From an uncultured Flavobacteriaceae bacterium (GTDB lineage Bacteria > Bacteroidota > Bacteroidia > Flavobacteriales > Flavobacteriaceae), in assembly GCA_947500525.1 (NCBI GenBank), contig CANMSH010000004.1, forward strand, positions 188,783-252,782: 64,000 nt of DNA, given 5' to 3'. The first letter of the stretch is position 1. Each line of letters begins with the position of its first letter. The translations under genes were made by a program, and so were the position numbers. The notes below the pieces were generated by a model. The model made no database searches. It had not been told where the DNA came from and worked only from the letters and a program-made list of their open reading frames with translations. Positions 48,312-56,539 of the stretch are shown in pieces.

Positions 48312-49178
48312 TTATTTGGCTTCCAAATATAAGGCTATTCTGTCAAATCTTTCTAATGGGAATCCGTCAATTTTTTTCAATTCTTCGAGTGATTGAATTT
48401 CCGCAACTTCATCTTTATAATCGAATATCTTTTTGGTTAATTCATAGTCAAGATAAACTATAGACAGTACTTCTTTAAAAGTAGCATCATTCACATTTAT
48501 TTTTTTGATAAAAGGTTGTTTTACAACAATAAAGCGTTCCAGTAATTTATCTGCTGTTTCTTTTTTAAGCCCATAAACTTCATACAGTTGCTCATTAAAA
48601 GAATAACCTCCAAGTTTGTTTTTGTAACTCAGAATTCGTTTTGCTAAAATATCCCCAATACCACTTATTTCTCGTAGGTCTTCTGAGGTAATTGTATTGA
48701 GATCTATTTTCTTTGTGTTGAATGTATTTGTCGTTTTTATTCTTGATGTTGAGGTTTTATTAGTAATCCAATCAGGAAATTTAAAATAAGGAGCAATAGA
48801 GGTTAATAAACTATCAGAAACTTTGGTGACTTTTTGAAATTCAAGAACAGAATTGATGTACTTGCCCTTTTCTCTATGTTTGTGTAATCTATCTATTTCT
48901 TGAGGTGACATTCCGAGTTGATACCCTTTAAAATCGGTTATAAAACTTGGGTTAAATGGGAATAGTTTTTGTTTTTCATTTTTAATTTGAGCCGCTTTTA
49001 GCGAGTCTATTTCTTGTTGAAAATGAAGAATCTCTTTAGAGTGTATATCATTAGTATCTCGACCAGAAAAATCAACAAAGAAATAGAAGAGTTGGAGTAC
49101 GATTATAATGAATGCCAAAAATAAAATCCCATTTCGTTGGCTTTTATTATACCAGAAATGGGATTTAAATTTTATCAT
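48312..49178 (-). CDS. helix-hairpin-helix (ComEA-like) domain protein
   Basis: 288 aa. N-terminal TM. HhH-like units DLNTITSEDLREISGIGDILAKRI and INVNDATFKEV. Confidence 0.55.
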   Translation of the reverse strand: MIKFKSHFWYNKSQRNGILFLAFIIIVLQLFYFFVDFSGRDTNDIHSKEILHFQQEIDSLKAAQIKNEKQKLFPFNPSFITDFKGYQLGMSPQEIDRLHKHREKGKYINSVLEFQKVTKVSDSLLTSIAPYFKFPDWITNKTSTSRIKTTNTFNTKKIDLNTITSEDLREISGIGDILAKRILSYKNKLGGYSFNEQLYEVYGLKKETADKLLERFIVVKQPFIKKINVNDATFKEVLSIVYLDYELTKKIFDYKDEVAEIQSLEELKKIDGFPLERFDRIALYLEAK

Positions 49179-49189
49179 TAAAACAACTT

Positions 49190-50806
49190 TTATTCTTTGG
49201 AACTTCTAATTGCTTTTAAATATTTATTCATTTCATCTTTTACTTTAGGAAACAAGAAGAATAAACCTATCATATTTGGAAATACTAATGCAAGAATCAT
49301 TGCATCTGAGAATTTGATAACAGCATCTAATGTTGCTGCCGCTCCAATAACAACGAACATTAAAAATAATATTTTATACACTAAATCCGCTTTTTTACCT
49401 TTTCCGAAAAGATATTTCCAAGATTGCAATCCATAATAAGACCAAGAAATCATTGTAGAAAAAGCAAATAAAACTATTGCAATTGTTAGAATGTATGAAA
49501 ATCCTGGAATCACAGAATCAAATGCCATAGATGTAAGATCTACACCACCGATTGAGCCTCCTCCATCATTTAGTATAACATTACTACCATCACCTCCATA
49601 GGCAAAAACACTCTGCATATTTGCCCCATCGATATTGAAAAATATTATTACCAAGGCTGTCATTGTACATATTACAACCGTATCAATAAATGGTTCTAAT
49701 AAGGCAACCACTCCTTCGGATGCTGGATATTTTGTTTTTACAGCAGAATGTGCGATTGCGGCTGAACCGGCACCTGCCTCATTTGAAAAAGCTGCTCTTT
49801 GAAAACCAACAATAAGAACACCTACGAGACCACCAAGACCAGCCATAGGAGTAAATGCGCCACTAAATATTAATCCAAACGCATCACCGATGTAACTAAA
49901 ATTGGCAAAAATAATAACTAAGCAAGCAAGTACATATATACCCGCCATAAAAGGAACTATTTTTTCAGTGATGCTCGCAATACGTTTAATACCACCGATA
50001 ATAACGATTCCAACAAGAATTGCTAAAATGATACCAATGATTACACCCGTAGCACCACCTTGCAGATTAAAGAGTGTACTTAATTGTACCGCTGCTTGAT
50101 TCGATTGGAATGCATTTCCGCCCCCGAAAGAAGCACCTACGCATAGAATAGCAAATAAAGCACCAAGCACTTTTCCTAATCCACCCATATTTCTTTCTTT
50201 TAATCCTTTAGAAAGGTAATACATGGGGCCTCCATAAACAGTACCATCTGGTCCTACATCGCGATATTGTACACCTAAGGTACATTCTACAAATTTCGTA
50301 GACATACCTATAATACCACAAACAATCATCCAAAATGTCGCTCCTGGTCCACCCAGTGCTATTGCAACAGCTACACCAGCAATATTTCCTAAACCTACAG
50401 TTCCAGAGACAGCGGTAGCCAATGCTTGAAAGTGAGAAACTTCACCTTCTTGACTTTCATCTCTAATAGTATCTGGGATATCACCATCAACAGCGAGGTC
50501 TGTCTTTTCTATTCCATGACCTTCAATTTCGTCATACTTACCTCTTACAGTGTTTATGGCTAGAGGAAATCTTTTAACACCTGGAAAACCAAAATAAACA
50601 GTAAAAAATGTTGCACCTAATACCAAAAGTAATACTACTAAAGGAATATCATATTGACCTATTGGGACTTTGGTCAAGACAAAACCCTCCCAAGCAGAGG
50701 CTATTGGCATGAACCAATCATTTATGCGTTCATCTAATCCTTTGTCTTGTGCAAAAGTTAGAAACGGCGTTAGTATCAATAGCATTGAAAGCAGTTTTTT
50801 CTTCAT
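49190..50806 (-). CDS. alanine/glycine:cation symporter (AGCS family)
   Basis: Start at ATG 50806 (MKKKLLSML..). Family motifs FQALATAVSGTVGLGNIAGVA, GGPGATFWM, FSNEAGAGSAAIAHSA. Confidence 0.9.
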   Translation of the reverse strand: MKKKLLSMLLILTPFLTFAQDKGLDERINDWFMPIASAWEGFVLTKVPIGQYDIPLVVLLLVLGATFFTVYFGFPGVKRFPLAINTVRGKYDEIEGHGIEKTDLAVDGDIPDTIRDESQEGEVSHFQALATAVSGTVGLGNIAGVAVAIALGGPGATFWMIVCGIIGMSTKFVECTLGVQYRDVGPDGTVYGGPMYYLSKGLKERNMGGLGKVLGALFAILCVGASFGGGNAFQSNQAAVQLSTLFNLQGGATGVIIGIILAILVGIVIIGGIKRIASITEKIVPFMAGIYVLACLVIIFANFSYIGDAFGLIFSGAFTPMAGLGGLVGVLIVGFQRAAFSNEAGAGSAAIAHSAVKTKYPASEGVVALLEPFIDTVVICTMTALVIIFFNIDGANMQSVFAYGGDGSNVILNDGGGSIGGVDLTSMAFDSVIPGFSYILTIAIVLFAFSTMISWSYYGLQSWKYLFGKGKKADLVYKILFLMFVVIGAAATLDAVIKFSDAMILALVFPNMIGLFFLFPKVKDEMNKYLKAIRSSKE

Positions 50807-50913
50807 AATTAATTGAGTTAGTTTTTTAATTGGGAGCTGCAATATCATAAAAAAAAGGAGTTACCACAAATTTTGTGTGCTAAATATTGGTAAATCGGCG
50901 AAGTGAAAAACAT

Positions 50914-50949
50914 AAAACCCTCCATCAGATTCACCGAATAGAGGGTTTT
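50914..50949 (-). promoter_or_regulatory. hairpin in the 5' leader of the symporter gene (attenuator candidate)
   Basis: Minus-strand RNA AAAACCCUC-18 nt-GAGGGUUUU followed by AUGUUUUUC, about 110 nt upstream of the start codon. No upstream minus-strand gene for it to terminate. Confidence 0.3.
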
Positions 50950-51029
50950 AAAAACCAAAATGAGATTGTTTATATTTTAAAAAAAACGAATGTCTTTTAG
51001 AATATATTAATCATATGACGTCACCTTTG

Positions 51030-51037
51030 TATATTTG
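51030..51037 (+). promoter_or_regulatory. candidate Bacteroidota -7 promoter element
   Basis: TATATTTG matches the TAnnTTTG -7 consensus of the Bacteroidota primary sigma factor, 39 nt before ATG 51076. No convincing -33 TTTG at canonical spacing. Confidence 0.3.
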
Positions 51038-51043
51038 TAACAG

Positions 51044-51063
51044 TGATTAACAAATGATTAACA
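51044..51063 (+). repeat. tandem direct repeat TGATTAACA-aa-TGATTAACA
   Basis: Exact 9-mers at 51044-51052 and 51055-51063 (11-nt period), between the candidate -7 box and the start codon at 51076. Confidence 0.6.
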
Positions 51064-51075
51064 GACTTTAACAAA

Positions 51076-51438
51076 ATGTCGAAAAAAACCCTTGTTATTG
51101 GAGCTTCACTAAAAGCCCATAGATATTCAAATCGCGTCATTCATAAATTAGTAGAAAAAGGTCATCCTGTTGAAGCCATTGGGTTAAGAGAGGGAGTGGT
51201 AGCAGGGATCACAATAGTTACCGGGAAACCGAAGTACGAGGATATAGATACAGTTACCTTGTATTTGAATCCTAGTCGACAAGAAGAATATTATCAATAC
51301 ATTGTTTCATTAGTTCCAAAACGGGTTATCTTTAATCCTGGTACAGAAAATATGGAATTTGTAAAATTACTTCAAGCGCAAAATATACATGCTGAAATTG
51401 CATGTAATTTGGTCTTATTAACTACAAATCAGTATTAA
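51076..51438 (+). CDS. CoA-binding domain protein (YccU-like)
   Basis: 120 aa. KTLVIGAS....RYSNRV and VIFNPGTEN fit the CoA_binding_2 Rossmann-like family. Confidence 0.65.
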   Translation: MSKKTLVIGASLKAHRYSNRVIHKLVEKGHPVEAIGLREGVVAGITIVTGKPKYEDIDTVTLYLNPSRQEEYYQYIVSLVPKRVIFNPGTENMEFVKLLQAQNIHAEIACNLVLLTTNQY

Positions 51439-51487
51439 GTGTAGCTATTTATACTTAACTTGCAACAGAGATATTAAAGCAAACAGA

Positions 51488-52111
51488 ATGAAGATATTGT
51501 TAGTTGATGATCATGCTATTTTAAGGAAAGGATTGATTGAGATTCTTCTTGATGAATTTCCTACTTGTACCTTCTTGGAAGCATCTAATGGTTTGGACGG
51601 ACTTTCTATAATGCGAGAGCATACAGTATCTCTAGCACTTTTAGATGTTTCGATGCCTAAATTAAATGGTCTCGAAGTACTAAAACAAGCAAAAGTACTA
51701 GACATAGATACTCCAATCGTTATTCTGAGTGCACAACCTGAAGAGCAATATGCCATAAGAGCTTTAAAAGCAGGTGCCCATGGTTTTTTGAATAAAGAAA
51801 GTACTCCTGATGAGTTGATAGTCGCTGTTAAAAAGGTACTATCAGGTAAGAAGTATATTTCTCCTGTGCTCGCTGATATTTTGGCCGACGGAGTTGGGAA
51901 AAAAAAGGTGAATGAGTTGCATGAATTGTTATCTGATCGTGAACTTCAAGTATTGGAACTTATTGGTAAGGGAAAAACAGTTTCTGAAATAGCTAACGAG
52001 GTTTCACTAAGTGTAAATACTGTAAGTACTTATCGCAGTCGGATTTTGCAAAAAATGAATTTAAAAAACAATGCCGATTTAGTTCGGTATGCCATAGCCA
52101 ATAACATATAA
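51488..52111 (+). CDS. NarL/FixJ (LuxR-type) response regulator, orphan
   Basis: 207 aa. Receiver motifs VDDHAILR and LALLDVSMPKLNG. HTH LSDRELQVLELIGKGKTVSEIANEVSLSVNTVSTYRSRI. No adjacent kinase gene. Confidence 0.9.
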   Translation: MKILLVDDHAILRKGLIEILLDEFPTCTFLEASNGLDGLSIMREHTVSLALLDVSMPKLNGLEVLKQAKVLDIDTPIVILSAQPEEQYAIRALKAGAHGFLNKESTPDELIVAVKKVLSGKKYISPVLADILADGVGKKKVNELHELLSDRELQVLELIGKGKTVSEIANEVSLSVNTVSTYRSRILQKMNLKNNADLVRYAIANNI

Positions 52112-52201
52112 CTACATAGTGTAGTAGAAACAACTACAGAAAAATACGAGAAATTACTACATCGTATTTTGATTTGATTTTTTTTCTTTGTCGAGGATTT
52201 A

Positions 52202-52238
52202 TTGAAATAATTATTTTGCCATTGTTTTGAAATAATTA
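52202..52238 (+). repeat. 12-nt direct repeat TTGAAATAATTA (two copies, 25 nt apart)
   Basis: Exact copies at 52202-52213 and 52227-52238 in the 287-bp convergent intergenic region. Confidence 0.6.
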
Positions 52239-52398
52239 AAGGGGTTTATTTATGATTTTTCAATGGTAAAGGATGCAAAGTGAATTAATTATAATTAGTG
52301 TGCTTTGATATTAAATGTCGTTAGTGTAGATTACTCCCTAATCTTGCTGGCGACTTTTTTATACCTTAATTTGCAACAAAGAATCCTTTGTGAATTGC

Positions 52399-53811
52399 TT
52401 ATAACGACGACTCAATACTCTTTCTTTGAGGGTGTTTTTTAATAAAGACTTCCCAAATAAATACGCCATAAACAATCAAATATTCAAAGCCTATAATCCA
52501 TAAATTTTCTGTGTTATTAGAATTTGCATAAGCGAGATAGCTTATGATGATCATAAAACTCCAAACTAAAGGAAATTTATATCGTGTAAAAATCGACAAA
52601 ATTAAGAGCATTGCAATATACCAAGGATGTACTGTTGTTGCAGTAAAGTAATAAAATGTTAATACAAATAACATGGCTGACATGAACTGAATAGGAGTCT
52701 TATTTTTTCTGAAAAAAGTAATTAACAGGGTCACAGACAGTACAACAATAGGAATTATTTTTCCGATGACAGCTATTTCATTATAACCTCTAAATGTATA
52801 TCCATACGCTCTGGCTAGATAATAAATACTAGCGTTGAATTCAAAATTACGAAACCATAAACCCACTGTTTCGGTGTAATTGTCTATAAATTTAGCCGAT
52901 AGAAAAGGTAAAAATAATAAGACAATTACCGCAATAGTGATAAAATAAAACCCTGATAATCTGAGGAGTCTCGAAAACAAAGTATTTAATTCAGCCCTTG
53001 AAGTTTTAAAAGGATGTTCTTTTTGTATAAAGTATTGAAAGAATACCGGTAGAAATATTAGTGGGATTAATTTTACAGAGACCGATAGTGCAAATAGAAT
53101 TGCAGCGGCTATCCATTTTCCTTTTTGGAGCAAATACATGGCCCAGATTAAAAAGAAAATCATAACAGCTTCAAAATGTAAATTCCCAGTTAATTCTATG
53201 ATGATAAATGGATTTAATAAATACCAAAAAATATGATGTACCGGAAGCTTTAAACTAGAGAGTAACTTTTTGCCAAAATAGAGAATACCGATATCTGCAA
53301 GTATAATAATTGCTCGCATAATGACCACCGAACCCAAAATACTTTTACCAGCGAAAAGACCCGCAATGACAAAACATAATTGATTAATAGGAGGGTAGTT
53401 GGTGTAATGCCCAGCGCTTAAAGGACCCATTCCTGCGTGTAGCTCTAGTGCTTGATGAACCGGAAATTGATTGTTGTTTATAAAAAAGTCTACTGTAGTA
53501 AGGTATGGATTAAAACCTGCTAGTATCATACGTCCATCCCAAATAAAACGATAAAAATCTTGAGATAGATTAGGAATTGAGAATAAAAATAATATCCGAA
53601 ATAAAATGGATAGAAAGACTAAAAGTTTAAAATCATGTTTAACCGATTGTAGCAGTTTATAAAATAAAAAGAACAAACCTCCATAAAGAAGTATGAGTTT
53701 TGTGTAATCTGTTCTTTGTAAATCGTAAGCAAAAGATACATAGAAAAAAACACTAATTACTGCAAATAAAATGGGCAGTTGGATGCTTTTTAAATACGTA
53801 AGATTTGGCAT
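52399..53811 (-). CDS. polytopic GT-C-like membrane glycosyltransferase (DUF2029/GT87-like)
   Basis: 470 aa, more than 10 hydrophobic helices. First extracytoplasmic loop NLSQDFYRFIWDGR carries the conserved acidic residue typical of polyprenol-phosphate-sugar-dependent GT-C enzymes. Family assignment is tentative. Confidence 0.55.
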   Translation of the reverse strand: MPNLTYLKSIQLPILFAVISVFFYVSFAYDLQRTDYTKLILLYGGLFFLFYKLLQSVKHDFKLLVFLSILFRILFLFSIPNLSQDFYRFIWDGRMILAGFNPYLTTVDFFINNNQFPVHQALELHAGMGPLSAGHYTNYPPINQLCFVIAGLFAGKSILGSVVIMRAIIILADIGILYFGKKLLSSLKLPVHHIFWYLLNPFIIIELTGNLHFEAVMIFFLIWAMYLLQKGKWIAAAILFALSVSVKLIPLIFLPVFFQYFIQKEHPFKTSRAELNTLFSRLLRLSGFYFITIAVIVLLFLPFLSAKFIDNYTETVGLWFRNFEFNASIYYLARAYGYTFRGYNEIAVIGKIIPIVVLSVTLLITFFRKNKTPIQFMSAMLFVLTFYYFTATTVHPWYIAMLLILSIFTRYKFPLVWSFMIIISYLAYANSNNTENLWIIGFEYLIVYGVFIWEVFIKKHPQRKSIESSL

Positions 53812-53873
53812 TGGTTTATATGATATCTACAATGGATTCTGTGAACTTCTAATTTAGACAAAAAAGTTCTTTA

Positions 53874-55364
53874 TTAGGCCTTTGAGGTTAAGGATTTAAA
53901 GAAGACATACCCAAACCCAAGAAAAAGCATTAAATGAAAAGGAAATAGCGCAAAGTCTCCACCTTTATCACCTACGATAAATGCACTGTACATACCGAAA
54001 GCGAAATACAACGCAAGTAAACCTTCAAAAATTACATTTAAAGAGATTTTTTTACGCAAATATTTATTGCCTTTCCAGCTGTCTGTTAAGGAACTAATAT
54101 TAAATTTAGGAGTACGTACAAATTCACTCTTCTTACCAAAATGACCTTCTAAAACGGCGATTGAATTGTGCAATGAAAAGCCCATGGCAATAGAGAAAAA
54201 GGTAAAAAACATACCTATATATTGTATAAAACTTTTAAAACCACCGCCATATTTACTTTTATACATGAACCAATAACAGATAAAGAAGATAATAGTGCTG
54301 ATCACAAAAAAGCTCATTACAAAAAAGTAAACTTTTAGATGCGTGTATTCATTTTTAATATAGAGCATTGGTATACTTAACACCCCTACGATCAATACAT
54401 TTAAAAACATAGTACTATTTAATAAATGTAGAATACCATGTACTTTAGTTTTAGATGAAATACTCTTATTTTTTAAGACTCTCCAAAGCATTTTTTTGAA
54501 ATTTTCTGCTCCTCCTTTATTCCATCTAAATTGTTGAGTCCTAGCGGCACTTATTACCACAGGTAGTTCGGCCGGAGTTTCAACATCTTCGAGATATTTG
54601 AACTTCCAATTTTTTAATTGTGCTCGATAACTAAGATCTAAATCTTCGGTTAAGGTATCACCCTCCCAATTACCGGCGTCTATGATGCATTGTTTTCTCC
54701 AAACTCCAGCGGTTCCATTAAAATTTATAAAATGCCCTTTGCTGTTGCGCCCAACTTGTTCGAGAGTGAAATGAGCGTCTAAGGCGAAAGCTTGAATTCT
54801 TGTAAGTATAGAATAATCTCTATTAATATGACCCCAACGCGTTTGAACCACTCCAATTTTTTCATCTTTAAAATAAGGGATTGTATTTTTCAACCAATCT
54901 TTTTTGGGAAGAAAATCAGCATCGAATATTGCAATGAATTCTCCTTTTGCAATTTCTAACCCTTCTTTTAGTGCTCCTGCTTTAAAACCTTGGCGATTTT
55001 CTCTACAAATATGAACAATGTCTAGGCCTTGTTCTTTTAGTATTTGTATTTGCTTGGAGGTTGTTTTAACTGTTTCATCAGTAGAGTCATCTAAAACCTG
55101 AATTTCTAAGCGATCATGAGGATAGTCAATTTTTGCAATATTATCTAACAAACGTTGCATGACATACATTTCGTTAAACACAGGTAATTGTATAGTTACA
55201 TAAGGTACTTCGTCTTTTTTAGACAAATCAAATTTTAATGAATCATCATTTTTTTTCTGAGCAGCGATATAGTTAAATAATAAATTCAATTGTGCTAATG
55301 CATACATAAAAATAAGTACGAGCGCGACCGAATAAACACCTATAATTATACTTTCTAGAACCAT
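53874..55364 (-). CDS. processive family 2 glycosyltransferase, CslA/CslC-like beta-glycan synthase
   Basis: 496 aa. N-terminal TM and a C-terminal TM bundle. IQLPVFNE, QVLDDSTD, FDADF, VQTRW, FNGTAGVWR, TEDLDLSYR, LKNWKF and QQFRW (aa 277-281) follow the plant CslA/CslC motif order. No PilZ domain. Confidence 0.85.
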   Translation of the reverse strand: MVLESIIIGVYSVALVLIFMYALAQLNLLFNYIAAQKKNDDSLKFDLSKKDEVPYVTIQLPVFNEMYVMQRLLDNIAKIDYPHDRLEIQVLDDSTDETVKTTSKQIQILKEQGLDIVHICRENRQGFKAGALKEGLEIAKGEFIAIFDADFLPKKDWLKNTIPYFKDEKIGVVQTRWGHINRDYSILTRIQAFALDAHFTLEQVGRNSKGHFINFNGTAGVWRKQCIIDAGNWEGDTLTEDLDLSYRAQLKNWKFKYLEDVETPAELPVVISAARTQQFRWNKGGAENFKKMLWRVLKNKSISSKTKVHGILHLLNSTMFLNVLIVGVLSIPMLYIKNEYTHLKVYFFVMSFFVISTIIFFICYWFMYKSKYGGGFKSFIQYIGMFFTFFSIAMGFSLHNSIAVLEGHFGKKSEFVRTPKFNISSLTDSWKGNKYLRKKISLNVIFEGLLALYFAFGMYSAFIVGDKGGDFALFPFHLMLFLGFGYVFFKSLTSKA

Positions 55365-56066
55365 TTATTTAAAACTATATTTAAAAATCCAACCTAAAAT
55401 TTTTACTCCTGCCATAACCGATCCTTTTACAGTTCCGGATACTTTTGAAACACCAATTCTATTTCTATATTTCATGGGTATTTCTGTGTAGGATAATTTT
55501 TGTTTTAATGCTTTTAATTGCATTTCTACAGTCCAACCATAGGTTTTATCTTCCATGTTTAGACTAAGTAGCTTATCATACTTAATTGCTCTAAAAGGGC
55601 CTAAATCAGTAAAGCTAGCGCGAAAAAATAATTTCATCAAAAAAGTAGCTAACCAATTCCCAAAAATTTGCTGAGGAGTCATAGAACCCTGTTCACGTAG
55701 TCGTTTAACTCTCGCTCCAATTACAAAATCAAGGCCTTGATTTTCGATCGGCGCTACAAGTTCAGTTAATTGCTCGGGATAATCAGAGTAATCACCATCT
55801 AAAAAAACGATGATGTCGGGCTTTTTCTCGACAACTTTTGATTGATGTGCAATATATTCCATTCCCTTTAGACAAGCATATCCGTAGCCTTTTCTCGATT
55901 CTTGCAAAACAGTAGCTCCCGCCTTTTTCGCACGTTGTTCTGTTGCATCCGTTGAATTATTGCTAACAACAATAATTTCATCTACACGTGCTGGGATGTC
56001 ACGAACGACATTAGCGATAGAATCTTCTTCATTATAAGCAGGAATAATAACTTTAATTATGCTCAT
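55365..56066 (-). CDS. family 2 glycosyltransferase, Dpm1/DPG-synthase-like (polyprenol-phosphate sugar synthase candidate)
   Basis: 233 aa. IIPAYNEE, VVSNNSTD, FLDGDYSD (DxD). Soluble single-domain GT-A. Its stop codon directly abuts the start codon of the synthase gene. Confidence 0.75.
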   Translation of the reverse strand: MSIIKVIIPAYNEEDSIANVVRDIPARVDEIIVVSNNSTDATEQRAKKAGATVLQESRKGYGYACLKGMEYIAHQSKVVEKKPDIIVFLDGDYSDYPEQLTELVAPIENQGLDFVIGARVKRLREQGSMTPQQIFGNWLATFLMKLFFRASFTDLGPFRAIKYDKLLSLNMEDKTYGWTVEMQLKALKQKLSYTEIPMKYRNRIGVSKVSGTVKGSVMAGVKILGWIFKYSFK

Positions 56067-56539
56067 TTGAGATCTGACATTTTATTTTCCTTTTTGAATG
56101 ACTTTAAATCGGTCCATTCTTTCAGTTTGTTGTCGTTCTTATATTTTTCGGCTTTCACAAGTTTTTTATTCTTATAAACCAAACAGAAACCATTTTTTTT
56201 GTTGTTTTGAAACTGACATTTTTTGTCTATAACGCCATTTGTATTAAAAAACACCCACCATTTAGATTTTACACCGTTTTCAAAATGTCCAGCTTCTTTC
56301 TTCTTTCCATTTAGGGCGTAAAAATACCAGTATTTTACGGGTTTTCCAATAGAATAGCGACCTTCCTTTTTTAGTTTTCCGTTAGGATAATAAAACTTCC
56401 AATAGTTCACTTTAACGGAGTTTTGTACCCAGCCTTCTGATTTTAAAATACCATTATTGAAATACGTTTTCTGATATTTTTTCTGCCCAGCAATAGATAG
56501 GCTGAACAAGATAAATAAAAGAAGGAGCTTATTTTGCAT
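56063..56539 (-). CDS. secreted MORN-variant repeat protein (YwqK-like)
   Basis: 158 aa. Signal peptide MQNKLLLLFILFSLSIAG. Repeated NG.LK.EG......G.W.(F/Y)Y units. Confidence 0.6.
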   Translation of the reverse strand: MQNKLLLLFILFSLSIAGQKKYQKTYFNNGILKSEGWVQNSVKVNYWKFYYPNGKLKKEGRYSIGKPVKYWYFYALNGKKKEAGHFENGVKSKWWVFFNTNGVIDKKCQFQNNKKNGFCLVYKNKKLVKAEKYKNDNKLKEWTDLKSFKKENKMSDLK

